Shown: in pieces, positions 8,121-17,869 of the stretch | Layout: each line of letters begins with the position of its first letter | Position numbering within the stretch: the first letter of the stretch is position 1 | Virus record (IMG/VR): IMGVR_UViG_3300029925_000066 | Location: 1-36,675 of that record | DNA: 36,675 nucleotides | DNA from: a virus | Taxonomy: Duplodnaviria > Caudoviricetes | Reading direction: 5' to 3' (one strand) | The notes under the pieces: generated by a model | Databases searched by the model: none | Seen by the model: only the letters and a program-made list of their open reading frames with translations | Told to the model about the DNA's origin: nothing | Translations under genes and position numbers: made by a program

Positions 8121-9683
8121 TTAGTTCCTTTTACTGCCAATGACTTCATTGACGCCTTCTATAAGAGATTTATGGATGTTGTGTTCTACGGCTTCGTCTA
8201 ACGCGTTAGCTTTCGCAAACTTCTGAACTTTGAGCAATTCATCAAGTTCTATGGAAACAACATTGTTCCCTTGATCAATATCAACCAGTTCGTCAAAAAT
8301 TGTAAGGACGGTTGGATCATTACCAAACCTACCGGGAATGACTAGTTCGGCTCCCTCATTGGTTAAGTTTTTACGGAGAAACGCAATAGTTTTTGCGATT
8401 TCAGACTTCGTTAACGATACTTCCGCGTCTCCCTGTTCAATGTCGGTTACTTCATCAAAGACTGTCACACGAAGTGTTGGGTTACCAAATTTACTTTTAA
8501 TGAATAGCTCGGGAGATTCGTTAAGAGTTCTTTCGTTAATTGTGCTTTCATCCAATGTGCTTTTGTTTGCAAACGCCCGAAGCTGAATTAGCTCTTCTAA
8601 TGTAAAAGAAATGGCACCACCAGAAGCCTGACTCATAAATATCTTACCCTTACTCATCTGGACACGCGTTTCCGGTGTATCGAACACCTCAACACGAAAT
8701 GAAGTTCGGTCACCGTTTTTAGCCTTTTTGGCCCACGCTACAATTTCCCTGACCTCTTGTTTAAAGAGTCTTACTTTGCTCCGACCTACCGTAACTGTGG
8801 TTATTTTACCGTCACCGGATAAACTCTTTTTACCAATCCTGCCAGTTTTGGCGGCTTCGATAAGAGACGCATGGGTGTTGTGCTCTACGCTTTCATCCAA
8901 TGTGCTTTTGTTTGCAAACGCCCGAAGCTGAATTAGCTCTTCCAATGTAAAAGAGATGACACTACCAAGCTGGTCCAAGAATATCTTACCCCTGCGCAGC
9001 GAAACCCGCGTTTCTGGTATGCTGTCATCTTCAGTACGGAATGAAATACTTTCGCCCTGCTTAGACTTTTTAACCCACGCTACAATTTCTCTGATCTCTT
9101 GTTTAAAAAGTCTTAGCTCTTCACCGCTCTTCAAAGTAACTGTGGTTATTCTATCAAAACCTTCCACACTTTTTCGCCCAATCCTACCAGTTTTGGGTGG
9201 CAGGCGCCCAAATTGGTCTCTTTTACCGGCTTCGGATATATTTCTGTATGATGGCATTTTGTTTGTCCCTGTTCTTTCGTTAGTTGGTTTGGATGGCCTC
9301 AGGGTTCTTGCTACTTTGCGCACCGCTGCCGTTAATCTTTTTATGTTTTGTACACCGATTTCTACGATGCTGCTTTTACGGTTCTCAAGGTCTCTCTTAA
9401 TTATACGAATTAAACCTCTACGCTTCTTCACGACAATCTGAGAAAAACTTGTCGAGGCGATCTCAATTTCAGCACTACCTCTTAATTTCGCTGCCCGTAT
9501 TACAGCATTATTGAAACGGCCCGCAATTTTAGGGGAAAACTCTACTACATCTGTTGACCGGTTTGAGAAATCTCGCTCCGTGATACGAATAAGGTTAGCG
9601 TTCGCGCTGACGGTAATCTGGTATTCATCAGTAGATTCAACTTCAATTCCACTAAGTGATGCCTCAACTATCCTTTTTGTCAT
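8121..9683 (-). CDS. Repeat-built basic protein, putative internal-head polyprotein
   Basis: 520 aa in three pairs of internally repeated modules; the linkers are rich in (L/I)-x-E. Confidence 0.65.
   Translation of the reverse strand: MTKRIVEASLSGIEVESTDEYQITVSANANLIRITERDFSNRSTDVVEFSPKIAGRFNNAVIRAAKLRGSAEIEIASTSFSQIVVKKRRGLIRIIKRDLENRKSSIVEIGVQNIKRLTAAVRKVARTLRPSKPTNERTGTNKMPSYRNISEAGKRDQFGRLPPKTGRIGRKSVEGFDRITTVTLKSGEELRLFKQEIREIVAWVKKSKQGESISFRTEDDSIPETRVSLRRGKIFLDQLGSVISFTLEELIQLRAFANKSTLDESVEHNTHASLIEAAKTGRIGKKSLSGDGKITTVTVGRSKVRLFKQEVREIVAWAKKAKNGDRTSFRVEVFDTPETRVQMSKGKIFMSQASGGAISFTLEELIQLRAFANKSTLDESTINERTLNESPELFIKSKFGNPTLRVTVFDEVTDIEQGDAEVSLTKSEIAKTIAFLRKNLTNEGAELVIPGRFGNDPTVLTIFDELVDIDQGNNVVSIELDELLKVQKFAKANALDEAVEHNIHKSLIEGVNEVIGSKRN
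8544..8954. repeat. Direct repeat pair, 8544-8609 and 8889-8954 (54 bp identical; 65 of 66 matching)
   Basis: GCTTTCATCCAATGTGCTTTTGTTTGCAAACGCCCGAAGCTGAATTAGCTCTTC at offset 345; encodes SFTLEELIQLRAFANKSTLDES. Confidence 0.95.
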
Positions 9684-9695
9684 GGGGAGTATCCT

Positions 9696-11216
9696 TTAAA
9701 ACTGCGCAACCATTTTGATGTCTTCGGTTTGTCCGGTTGCACGGGACACTCCAACACGATTTTCAACATAAAGTATATTACCTGTGTATTTATCCACTTC
9801 GGCAGCGTTATCAGCAGACCCGGCTGTTGCTGAAACTGCACCCGAAGAGGTACCAGAACCGGTCAAAGTTTCGCCATCAACAAAGGTGTCAAACCCAGTC
9901 ACGTCAGTTTGGTGAATGTACAGACGTTCAGTCGCGGAATCGTAAAAATCAAGAAAGGCTTTAGCCCCAGACGTGCCACCGGTTAACAAGTCGTCATGAA
10001 CCCATGATCCAGCTGCAGCCACAGTGAGGTACCGAAGCGCGATGCCTGTATCATCATTAAATGCCACTTGCGCCGTCGCGGTGGACAAAGGATTTTTGAC
10101 AATAATTGCTTGACGATAGTCATTGTTGATAATGAAATCGCCAGACCCTTCAGCACCAACAAGTTCGATATTGAACATCAGGAAAACCGCGTTGAGTTCA
10201 ATGACAGGATCATAACCAAAGCCACCCTTGCGAGCCGAAAATTCAAAGCTGAGGTCGGCACCGGCCCCACCTGTATCGGTGAACGATACGACAGTAATAT
10301 TGTGTCCGCCATTGACGACTGTGACACTTGAAATGGCCCCACTCGACAACGTGAACGTAAGGTCTAAATCCAGACCATCAAAGGTTTCTTGGGGCGCAAC
10401 ATAGCCAGAGCCACCACCAACAACAGTAACAGCAGCGACTTCACGTCCAAACGCTTCCGGCGCAATAACCGCCCGCAGTGTCGCGGCAGTGCTTGGCGTT
10501 CCACCCGACACAGTAACAACCGCAAATGTGTATCCCGAACCAACCGCGGTAACCGTAATGTCTGTGACGATCCCCCCGACAATGGTTGCGGTCGCGGTGG
10601 CACCGGTGCCATTGCCTGAGACGGTAACAGTAGGGGCAGACGCATAGCCTGCCCCTCCGGCATCAACTTCAATGCTGTGTATCGCCCCCTGCACAGCTGC
10701 CGCGGCAACAGCCGTGTCACGGAACACAGGAATGAATGTGGTTGTGAGAAACTTGGTGACATCGGCGGCAGAAATCGTATACAAATATTTCCAGATGTAA
10801 CCATCACCTCCCGCAACAGGAACCCCGGTAGAAGTCCCGGTTGGCTCCACTGTAGATGTACCGCTCCCAGCTTTCAAACAGATATAGACCGCAAAGTTTG
10901 TCTGATTGAGAACATAATATTGTTTTGTGTCTAGGTCCGGATCGTTATTATCGTATGCAACATATGTGTTGCCATCAATCCAGTTATAACGCGGAACCGC
11001 AAATGCCAGATTGGAAAATTTCTTTACAGACTGGATAGAATTTCTTGTGTCCAGTTCGTTCTTGGGTGCCACGGTTGGCACCGGAGGAAGAGATTCGGTA
11101 GGCCATGCTTCCGAACGTCCGATCCCGAGATAATATAAATCTTCGGCTTTATCGAAACGACTTTTGGTCAGCTTCAACTGCTGAAGTCTAAATTGATCTG
11201 TAATGATAGCGGTCAT
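9696..11216 (-). CDS. gp8: Baseplate wedge subunit, gp8-like, with Gly-rich insertions
   Basis: [10 protein letters not shown] start, PRYNW, VYICL, EPT and [11 protein letters not shown] motifs; C-terminal [10 protein letters not shown]...QTEDIK. Confidence 0.9.
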   Translation of the reverse strand: MTAIITDQFRLQQLKLTKSRFDKAEDLYYLGIGRSEAWPTESLPPVPTVAPKNELDTRNSIQSVKKFSNLAFAVPRYNWIDGNTYVAYDNNDPDLDTKQYYVLNQTNFAVYICLKAGSGTSTVEPTGTSTGVPVAGGDGYIWKYLYTISAADVTKFLTTTFIPVFRDTAVAAAAVQGAIHSIEVDAGGAGYASAPTVTVSGNGTGATATATIVGGIVTDITVTAVGSGYTFAVVTVSGGTPSTAATLRAVIAPEAFGREVAAVTVVGGGSGYVAPQETFDGLDLDLTFTLSSGAISSVTVVNGGHNITVVSFTDTGGAGADLSFEFSARKGGFGYDPVIELNAVFLMFNIELVGAEGSGDFIINNDYRQAIIVKNPLSTATAQVAFNDDTGIALRYLTVAAAGSWVHDDLLTGGTSGAKAFLDFYDSATERLYIHQTDVTGFDTFVDGETLTGSGTSSGAVSATAGSADNAAEVDKYTGNILYVENRVGVSRATGQTEDIKMVAQF

Positions 11217-11246
11217 TATTATTTCCCTGTATTGGTTCTTTAGGTC

Positions 11247-11254
11247 TATTTATA
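11247..11254 (-). promoter_or_regulatory. T4-type late promoter TATAAATA
   Basis: Exact consensus, intergenic, 30 nt upstream of gp8. Confidence 0.85.
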
Positions 11255-12184
11255 CTATGGCGTTATGGTAATTCTGGCAGGCTCTCTGATGTCGGTTTTT
11301 ATTGTCCCATCAGTGATATCCTGAATGATGAGACTGCCTATATCACCGAACGTATAGGTTGATCCAAGAATATTAATTCCAACATCGGACAAGTCTCTTG
11401 ACTTTGTCCATACGGCCACGTCGGGCACCCATGTCTTTGTGACCTGTTGGGTCTCTGCCTTGCTTTTGAATTCGGCAAAAGCCAACAGAATGCGGTTCGG
11501 AACACCGACAGGTTGAAGTCCCGGCGTGATCGTTGGCGTGCTGCCAAGGTGTTCAAATTGGGCAAAGGCCTTAATCTGAACTTCGCCGAAAAATTCCCAA
11601 CCAGCCGGATGCGCCAGCTTCTTGTAGATGTCACCCCAATCGACGATGGATACACCGGACTTGATCAAGTATGAATGTGTCTGAAAAAAATGTGAGTCCT
11701 GAATGACCATGGTGCTTTCGGACAGTTTCCCGTTGTCGCCGGTCCAGTCATTGATTGCGTTGTTCCAGACACCATCCGAACAACGCAACATGTTGTCCCC
11801 CGGATAGCTGACTTCAGCCTCGCTATTCAAGAAGAGTCTAAAATAACCCTCGATGCCTTCTTCGTTCCCCTTGGACCGGTACCAAATAATAAAAACTTTT
11901 AGGGCCATGGATTCATCCATGGTTGTGAGATTTGGGAAGTCTGCCCCAAATTCTTTACGGAGTTCACCAAGCAGGTGTTCGTCCCCGGCATCAGGATTCC
12001 GGGCATCACGAATCTCATTGATATTATGAACAGCACCATCGGTCACAGCCATGAATTTGTAATATTCTTCGATGAATGTCACAAACTCTGGATACTGGGA
12101 TGTGAAATGGCTGGGCATGGTGTCCTTGACACGATCCCTGCGCATACTCGCAAATGATGAGTGATTGTTTTTAGGATCGGCCAT
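11255..12184 (-). CDS. gp7: Baseplate wedge initiator, short gp7-like protein
   Basis: YPEFVTFIEEYYKF, YRSKG, IQDS.FFQ..SY and HPAG motifs; lies between gp6 and gp8. Confidence 0.7.
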   Translation of the reverse strand: MADPKNNHSSFASMRRDRVKDTMPSHFTSQYPEFVTFIEEYYKFMAVTDGAVHNINEIRDARNPDAGDEHLLGELRKEFGADFPNLTTMDESMALKVFIIWYRSKGNEEGIEGYFRLFLNSEAEVSYPGDNMLRCSDGVWNNAINDWTGDNGKLSESTMVIQDSHFFQTHSYLIKSGVSIVDWGDIYKKLAHPAGWEFFGEVQIKAFAQFEHLGSTPTITPGLQPVGVPNRILLAFAEFKSKAETQQVTKTWVPDVAVWTKSRDLSDVGINILGSTYTFGDIGSLIIQDITDGTIKTDIREPARITITP

Positions 12185-13971
12185 TAAGCAGTTGTGTCCT
12201 CAACACCATTGGCAGCCACAGCATCATTCTCAATACGAAGCAACATGTTTCGAAGTGGCATGACAGTGGAATCGTCAAGAGGAACAGCCGTGATCGCAAC
12301 GAAGTTATCGGAACCAAATGCCGTAGGCTGGAATGGATTGATTACAACTGAGTTATTGGCGTAATCAATCTGTCCTGCATCATCAACCACAATAATCTCA
12401 TTGCTTCCTGAAATCCGAAAGATTTCAAGAGTAGATTTCCCTGAGATATTGCGAAGAAAGCAGGTAAAATTGACACCATCTATTGTGTAGACAAAAGCGT
12501 TGGATGATACAATAACCGGCTGTCTGGTTACTGGAGCCAAAGGAAGGGTGAACTCTACGGTGTAGGAATCCTTTGCGCCAAGTGTAGGAATAAATCTACG
12601 CTGGACATTAACATCCGCTTCTGATGATGCAATGGCATCGTTACTCGCATCAATTGTGGTCGTCAGGTTTGATTTACGAAAGGGTGAATCAAATGAGACA
12701 AGATTGTCTGTGCCATATTTGACGATTGAATCCTTGACCGCATTGTCAATCTGTTGCTTGGTGAGCGTTGTCTTGGATGGGTTATAGAGATAATTCATTT
12801 TGATGACCAGAAATTCAAAGGTTGGGTCAACAAATTCAAACCTGACTGTGACAATAGCTTTGTCATCCAAAGCGTTTACTCTGATCTGTGATTCCTGAGT
12901 GGCAGTAATCGCATCAGCCCCCACAGGTTTGATCGCAATGAAAACTTTTCCATACTCTCTTTCGGGATTATCTTCTCCCCCCCAGACATTAATGGACTCG
13001 ATGAATGTCGCGAAATTCAAGATGTGTGCCCGGTAGTCAGCAACAGTCACGACACGATTTTGTGCAGCAAATGCAAGGGGGGCATTAAAGCGGATTGACT
13101 CGATTGATTCCTTGTCCGCGCCACCGGCGGCCTTGGTGGTTGTGGATACGCTAGCCGCAAACCCGGCAATCTGTCCCGACAGGGAAAACACAGACGCACC
13201 ATTGGATGCCGCACCATTGGAAGACAGGTAATCGATCTGTAAGATAGATCCTTCGGCAGGCTTTGCGCCCATAACACCATCACCAAGGAAGATTTCATAG
13301 AAGCCGTTGGGGGCCTCATGTAGTAGATAAATGTTTGAAGTTCCGTCAAGTGTGCTTACGGTTCCGGGGAGGGACAGTGTGATTGAATTGGTCGAACCAA
13401 ATCCCTCAAACAAGGCAACGGTCGCTGTCCCGCTGTCAAAATTCTCATCAGGAATAACGTATACCGGATACTGATCAACTTCAGCATCAACAAAAAACTT
13501 TTTGGTTTTGGCTTGGCCTTCCTTAATCACCACTCCGGTCACAGAATAGTTATCAGATGACTTGGCAATATGTTCGTCCAAGGTGTGGTACAAATAGGTC
13601 ACACCATCGATAGACGTAGAGAATTTTGTGTTCTTGGGGATTGTGATGTCAGATGTTCCCGGAGGGACAGACAGGAGTGTCACAGTAATTGTTGCGGTGG
13701 CCCCGGTCTTGGTCTTGGGGAGATAATTCAAAGGCTTCGCATGCGAAACGATAGAGCCACGCAATTGCGCTGAATCAAGGAATGATTCATTAAGACCAAA
13801 GTTCGCATTCAGGGCATTGAAGTGTGTGTTGTATGCGAGTATATCAAGGAGGGAACTGATTGCCGACCCTTCGAAATCAAAGTCATTGAACTTGCCGCTA
13901 TTTTTCAGATGAACAATAAGCGATGCCCTGATTGCGTCGACACTTAGCTCTGTGGTTGTAAAATTTGGCAT
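12184..13971 (-). CDS. gp6: Baseplate wedge subunit gp6
   Basis: FNDFDFEGS..S.LLD.LAYNTH, ESFLDSAQLR.S.VSHAK, GG...ESIESIRFNAP..FAAQNR.VT..DY and WGGEDN...YGKVFI motifs. Confidence 0.95.
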   Translation of the reverse strand: MPNFTTTELSVDAIRASLIVHLKNSGKFNDFDFEGSAISSLLDILAYNTHFNALNANFGLNESFLDSAQLRGSIVSHAKPLNYLPKTKTGATATITVTLLSVPPGTSDITIPKNTKFSTSIDGVTYLYHTLDEHIAKSSDNYSVTGVVIKEGQAKTKKFFVDAEVDQYPVYVIPDENFDSGTATVALFEGFGSTNSITLSLPGTVSTLDGTSNIYLLHEAPNGFYEIFLGDGVMGAKPAEGSILQIDYLSSNGAASNGASVFSLSGQIAGFAASVSTTTKAAGGADKESIESIRFNAPLAFAAQNRVVTVADYRAHILNFATFIESINVWGGEDNPEREYGKVFIAIKPVGADAITATQESQIRVNALDDKAIVTVRFEFVDPTFEFLVIKMNYLYNPSKTTLTKQQIDNAVKDSIVKYGTDNLVSFDSPFRKSNLTTTIDASNDAIASSEADVNVQRRFIPTLGAKDSYTVEFTLPLAPVTRQPVIVSSNAFVYTIDGVNFTCFLRNISGKSTLEIFRISGSNEIIVVDDAGQIDYANNSVVINPFQPTAFGSDNFVAITAVPLDDSTVMPLRNMLLRIENDAVAANGVEDTTA

Positions 13972-13975
13972 ATGA

Positions 13976-14425
13976 TTATCTTAGACGCTCCAGAACAATT
14001 TCGAGTGTGATGGTTTCAGTCAGGGTGACGACCTGAAATTCTATTTCAACAGTGACGAAATTTTGATCAGGATCGCCTTCTGCAGTTATATTTATAATTT
14101 TTGCTCTTGGCTCGAAGTTCTTGATACACAATTCAACATAGGTTTCAATTGCACCCAGAGTAGAGAAGTCAGACAGTTCAAACAGAAGGCCCGACACACC
14201 CGAACCAAGGGTAGGCTTGAAGGGTCTCTCATAGAAGTTTGTGAGGATCAAAGACTTGACTGCTTGCTTTACAGCGGCAGCATCTTTCTTAATGAAGATG
14301 TCCCCTGTATTGGAATTCACACCAAAGAGCAGATCAATGTCACTATACTTTTTTGTGCGGGTAGTAACAATTGAACCTACATTGAGGTTGGCATCGTCTG
14401 CCGCAAATTTACGTGTTGTAGCCAT
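13976..14425 (-). CDS. gp25: Baseplate wedge subunit gp25
   Basis: YSDIDL.F, AVKQAVK.LILT...ERPF.P.LG...LLFE and FEPR motifs. Confidence 0.95.
   Translation of the reverse strand: MATTRKFAADDANLNVGSIVTTRTKKYSDIDLLFGVNSNTGDIFIKKDAAAVKQAVKSLILTNFYERPFKPTLGSGVSGLLFELSDFSTLGAIETYVELCIKNFEPRAKIINITAEGDPDQNFVTVEIEFQVVTLTETITLEIVLERLR
14089..14096 (-). promoter_or_regulatory. Possible intragenic late promoter TATAAATA upstream of gp6
   Basis: Exact consensus inside gp25, ~120 nt before the gp6 start. Confidence 0.45.
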
Positions 14426-14436
14426 GTCTTATCCTG

Positions 14437-15117
14437 TTATGAAGTTGGATCAAAAATAACAAATTCACCATTCTTGCGCCATCCGACATTGCCATCATGA
14501 ATGTCTTGTTTACCAATCGGGGCAATGTCCACCAAAAACTTACCCAATTGTTTGAATGGCACCCCAAAGAATCCTTGAACGTCACGCTCGGTTGTCTCAT
14601 ATTCAACTTTTGACAGAGTGCCCTTGGTGTGTTGAATCCAAAGTTCCTTAAAAATATTCATCCGGCGGGGTGACACGCCAGCCCTCGCGGCTCTATTCTC
14701 ATCAATATCAAGAAACTCAATAAGACCGACAGTAAAGAATCCAAACTTCTCACTGTCGTATTCCTTCAGTGCCAAAATCTTAGGGTACAGAGAATCGGTC
14801 TTATGTTTTTTCATTGCCATCTTGGCAAAACCGGGCCATGAATCACTTGCAGCAACCCGCTCACCCTTACTTACCTTAAGCACAAAGTCAGCTTTCTTTG
14901 ATCCAACCTTGGCAACAGAGAAAGCGCCCTCACCAACATCACGAACCGTAAAGCGCTCATTGATAAACCGCATAAAATCCTGAAACGTCTTAATCTGAAC
15001 TTCTTCCAAATTTTGATTGATATAATTTCCCCGCTGCATTACAGCTGCGATAATATTGGCTTCACGGGCACGTTCATTGAGCATACCTTCAGTAACTGAA
15101 TCTATAAGTTTACGCAT
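14437..15117 (-). CDS. Protein kinase, T7 gp0.7-like catalytic domain
   Basis: Gly loop VGEGAFS, VLKV lysine, YPKI, catalytic loop DIHDGN and metal-binding IFDP, all in canonical order. Confidence 0.8.
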   Translation of the reverse strand: MRKLIDSVTEGMLNERAREANIIAAVMQRGNYINQNLEEVQIKTFQDFMRFINERFTVRDVGEGAFSVAKVGSKKADFVLKVSKGERVAASDSWPGFAKMAMKKHKTDSLYPKILALKEYDSEKFGFFTVGLIEFLDIDENRAARAGVSPRRMNIFKELWIQHTKGTLSKVEYETTERDVQGFFGVPFKQLGKFLVDIAPIGKQDIHDGNVGWRKNGEFVIFDPTS

Positions 15118-15120
15118 GTT

Positions 15121-17067
15121 CTACTCCGATAAATCGCTAAGGCCCGAACCAACACTTACGTGGTTGAATTCAGTGCTGATGGTCTTGGCATTCACACCGT
15201 TCTTGATGGAAATTACCAAGGTAGGTTCATTGACTCCCGACGGGTCATAGTCGATGTAAGATAAAATTAATTTATCAAACACAAGGTTCTCTTGTATCCA
15301 TCCCGCAACCTCAAAATAGTAACTGTTGGGGTGGTCAGGAAACTGAATTCCAACAGCCAGACCTTGCGCGAATTCAACGTTGATCGAATCACTGTCCAGC
15401 TGCTCATTGGGTAATAAATTGTACAGACCCTCCGAAATATTGAAGGTGTCCTTGTATTTATTACGAAGCAATTCTAAGACATTGAATGAGAGCAATTGCA
15501 TGTTCTCAGCGATCTGTTGTTTGGTCAGTCCTACCTGATCTATGAATTGCCCACCCTCAGAGTCACCAGCCAAAAGGTGTGAAACCCTATAGCGAGGTGA
15601 CAGCCGAGTACCACGTTCTGGTGTGGTTATCTTAAATTGCTCTGGTATCGATAAGATCCTAAGGTTGTTACCGATTTTGCCTGTGAAGGTCTTGTCTACT
15701 GCCTTGGTCCCGATGCGATTGGTCCCGGTCTTTACAGTATTGGCCGCCGCGGTACGTTTGGTCGCCGGGGCGGAACCACCTCCGATAGATGACTTGGCGG
15801 CTCCACTATTGACAGTGTCCTGCAGCCATTTAGAATCGGTCATTAAACTTTTATTTCTTGCTCGGCTCGTAACTTCCCCAGTATTGAGTGGCCGTTTATT
15901 GAAATTGGAAAGCTCGGTTCGATCAATATTGACGATGAATTCATTGGAAGTGTTGGTCACGTCGGTCGCTGTCTCGGTTGTGGCTGGCCCGGCACTGCCT
16001 GATGTAGGAGCCACCGGCCCCGGAGTGGTTGGGCTTGATGCACCGGTTGGGGCCGATCCCGCAGTGAGAGCAAAGTCAGACTTCTTGGCTGTTCCTTCAA
16101 ATGTAGGAGCATTGACCGTACCGGTGACGTGAACATCACCCCGAGCATGCAAATCTGCTGTCAGGAATACATTGTCACCTGTCCAGTCATCCCCAAAATA
16201 ATTTTTGGTTTCGATCTTACCGGCTCCAACTGTACCGGTAGCATTCTTCCCGTTCATGTTCAGGAACCCACCAAAGAATGATGCCTCCAGCGGACCTTCG
16301 GACAAGATGATAGATGACCCCTGAGTGGTGACCTTCCAATCCCCACCATATTCTTCGGTGTGTGTTCCCACAGTACGCTCAAGATAGTTAGAAAGATTGA
16401 GTTCTGTGACAGACCCCCGTGTCTGGCGTAAACGCGTGCCGGTCGTAGTGTTTTGATCATCTCCATGGACACGTAAAGTACGGTTGCCCTGTACTTCAAT
16501 GTTCTGGTCACCCTGTACGAGCACGTTATGATCACCATCCACCTGCATATCACAATCACCCTGCACCCGAATAGATGCATCAGATTCAATAATAATATTT
16601 ACGGTACCTCGAATGACAACATTATCATCCCCCGCAATGATTGTGTATGCATCACGCTCGATGACAGTTGTCATGGACCCATCAGGAGCCATCTCAATCT
16701 TGGTGCCTGTCTGGTGTTCCCAGTTCAGTCTTTCGTGACCGGGAGTGTCATCAACCTCATGGATGTGGCCAGACGTTGATTCTGTGACATGATTGTGGGG
16801 GTAGCGAGTTTGTGAGGGAGTGTTGGGTTGGTTGACCGAGTCTTTGGTTAACTGGGCATCCCGGCTTTTTGTTCGAGCGCCCTTTGTTCCCCTATTGTTC
16901 CCACCCTTGGTCAAACGAGAGCGAGCCCGATTGTTTATGTCGGGCTGGCCACTATATTCAGTTTTAGGTAAGGCACCGGCTTGGTCTTGAAATCCCTCCG
17001 GGACTTCGCCGCCAATTCGTGGAACTATTCCCTCACCGGTGTGGTCATCCCCAAATTCTTCTTCCAT
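15121..17067 (-). CDS. gp5: gp5 C-terminal part: beta-helix spike plus degenerate peptidase M15-like domain
   Basis: YPHNHVTESTSGHIHEVDDTPGHER motif, 8-residue VxG repeats, and C-terminal LSPRY...NMQLL...VLE.LR...FDKLIL. Confidence 0.85.
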   Translation of the reverse strand: MEEEFGDDHTGEGIVPRIGGEVPEGFQDQAGALPKTEYSGQPDINNRARSRLTKGGNNRGTKGARTKSRDAQLTKDSVNQPNTPSQTRYPHNHVTESTSGHIHEVDDTPGHERLNWEHQTGTKIEMAPDGSMTTVIERDAYTIIAGDDNVVIRGTVNIIIESDASIRVQGDCDMQVDGDHNVLVQGDQNIEVQGNRTLRVHGDDQNTTTGTRLRQTRGSVTELNLSNYLERTVGTHTEEYGGDWKVTTQGSSIILSEGPLEASFFGGFLNMNGKNATGTVGAGKIETKNYFGDDWTGDNVFLTADLHARGDVHVTGTVNAPTFEGTAKKSDFALTAGSAPTGASSPTTPGPVAPTSGSAGPATTETATDVTNTSNEFIVNIDRTELSNFNKRPLNTGEVTSRARNKSLMTDSKWLQDTVNSGAAKSSIGGGSAPATKRTAAANTVKTGTNRIGTKAVDKTFTGKIGNNLRILSIPEQFKITTPERGTRLSPRYRVSHLLAGDSEGGQFIDQVGLTKQQIAENMQLLSFNVLELLRNKYKDTFNISEGLYNLLPNEQLDSDSINVEFAQGLAVGIQFPDHPNSYYFEVAGWIQENLVFDKLILSYIDYDPSGVNEPTLVISIKNGVNAKTISTEFNHVSVGSGLSDLSE

Positions 17068-17552
17068 TAGAGTGCACTAAATGTGGTAAGTGATAGGATA
17101 GCGAGCGTTGCCCCACCATCGGAATTATTCACTACTGTGACAGAACCATTGGGGGACGAATCCGGCGGGTCACCCTGTTGTGTGTAGTCAATACGGATTA
17201 CATCCCCATCAACTGCATTGAACGCTACGCCGAATGTTTTCAATACTCCATTGAGCTTTACTGTTACGGCCCCATCAATGGTGAAATCATCCACAGTAAT
17301 TGAAATTGTGGTGTTGATGCCACCAATGGCACCAGAAGCACTCCCAGTTTCCGGCCCTAAAGTAGCCGGACTAAACGAAAACGTTGCGGTCACATCACTA
17401 CTCGACGTGCCGTAAAAATCAGACATCGCAATGATCCCAGACGCGGGTACAGTATCCACCCCATAATATTCCGATAGAGAAATAGGGTTGGACCCCCCAA
17501 ATTCTGTTTGAATTTCGGAGAATTTAATTATACCTGTCGTCTGGAGGGTCAT
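17067..17552 (-). CDS. Fibre-associated protein (fibre-tip adhesin-like)
   Basis: N-terminal MTLQTTG.I.FSEIQTEFGGSNPISLSEYY...SG.I..SDFYG module, typical of genes downstream of S74-chaperoned fibres. Confidence 0.65.
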   Translation of the reverse strand: MTLQTTGIIKFSEIQTEFGGSNPISLSEYYGVDTVPASGIIAMSDFYGTSSSDVTATFSFSPATLGPETGSASGAIGGINTTISITVDDFTIDGAVTVKLNGVLKTFGVAFNAVDGDVIRIDYTQQGDPPDSSPNGSVTVVNNSDGGATLAILSLTTFSAL

Positions 17553-17560
17553 TTAGTGTC

Positions 17561-17800
17561 CTACGGGGTTTCGGGGCTTTCGGCCTTCACGAGTTCGTGA
17601 GTTTCGGTTAGGAGTTGGTATTGTGAGCCCGCAAGGTCGACACCTGTACGGTCACTAAGCAGCCGCACAACTGTGCCCATGGCAGCCTCAGCCCGTGCGG
17701 CTTCGTTACGTGCATTTTGTGAGACTTGTAGCGCTGCACTCAGTTCACCGAATTCTGTTTCGGTCAACTTGACGCGGTCATTATTTGTATCTTCAGACAT
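17561..17800 (-). CDS. Hypothetical protein, possibly a fibre assembly factor
   Basis: 79-aa ORF with its own late promoter upstream. Confidence 0.6.
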   Translation of the reverse strand: MSEDTNNDRVKLTETEFGELSAALQVSQNARNEAARAEAAMGTVVRLLSDRTGVDLAGSQYQLLTETHELVKAESPETP

Positions 17801-17853
17801 TTTTTATTCTTTCTTTATGGTGTTTTCACGAGGCGCATATCAGCCTCTATTGT

Positions 17854-17861
17854 TATTTATA
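17854..17861 (-). promoter_or_regulatory. T4-type late promoter TATAAATA
   Basis: Exact consensus in the intergenic gap. Confidence 0.8.
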
Positions 17862-17869
17862 TGGGTTGA

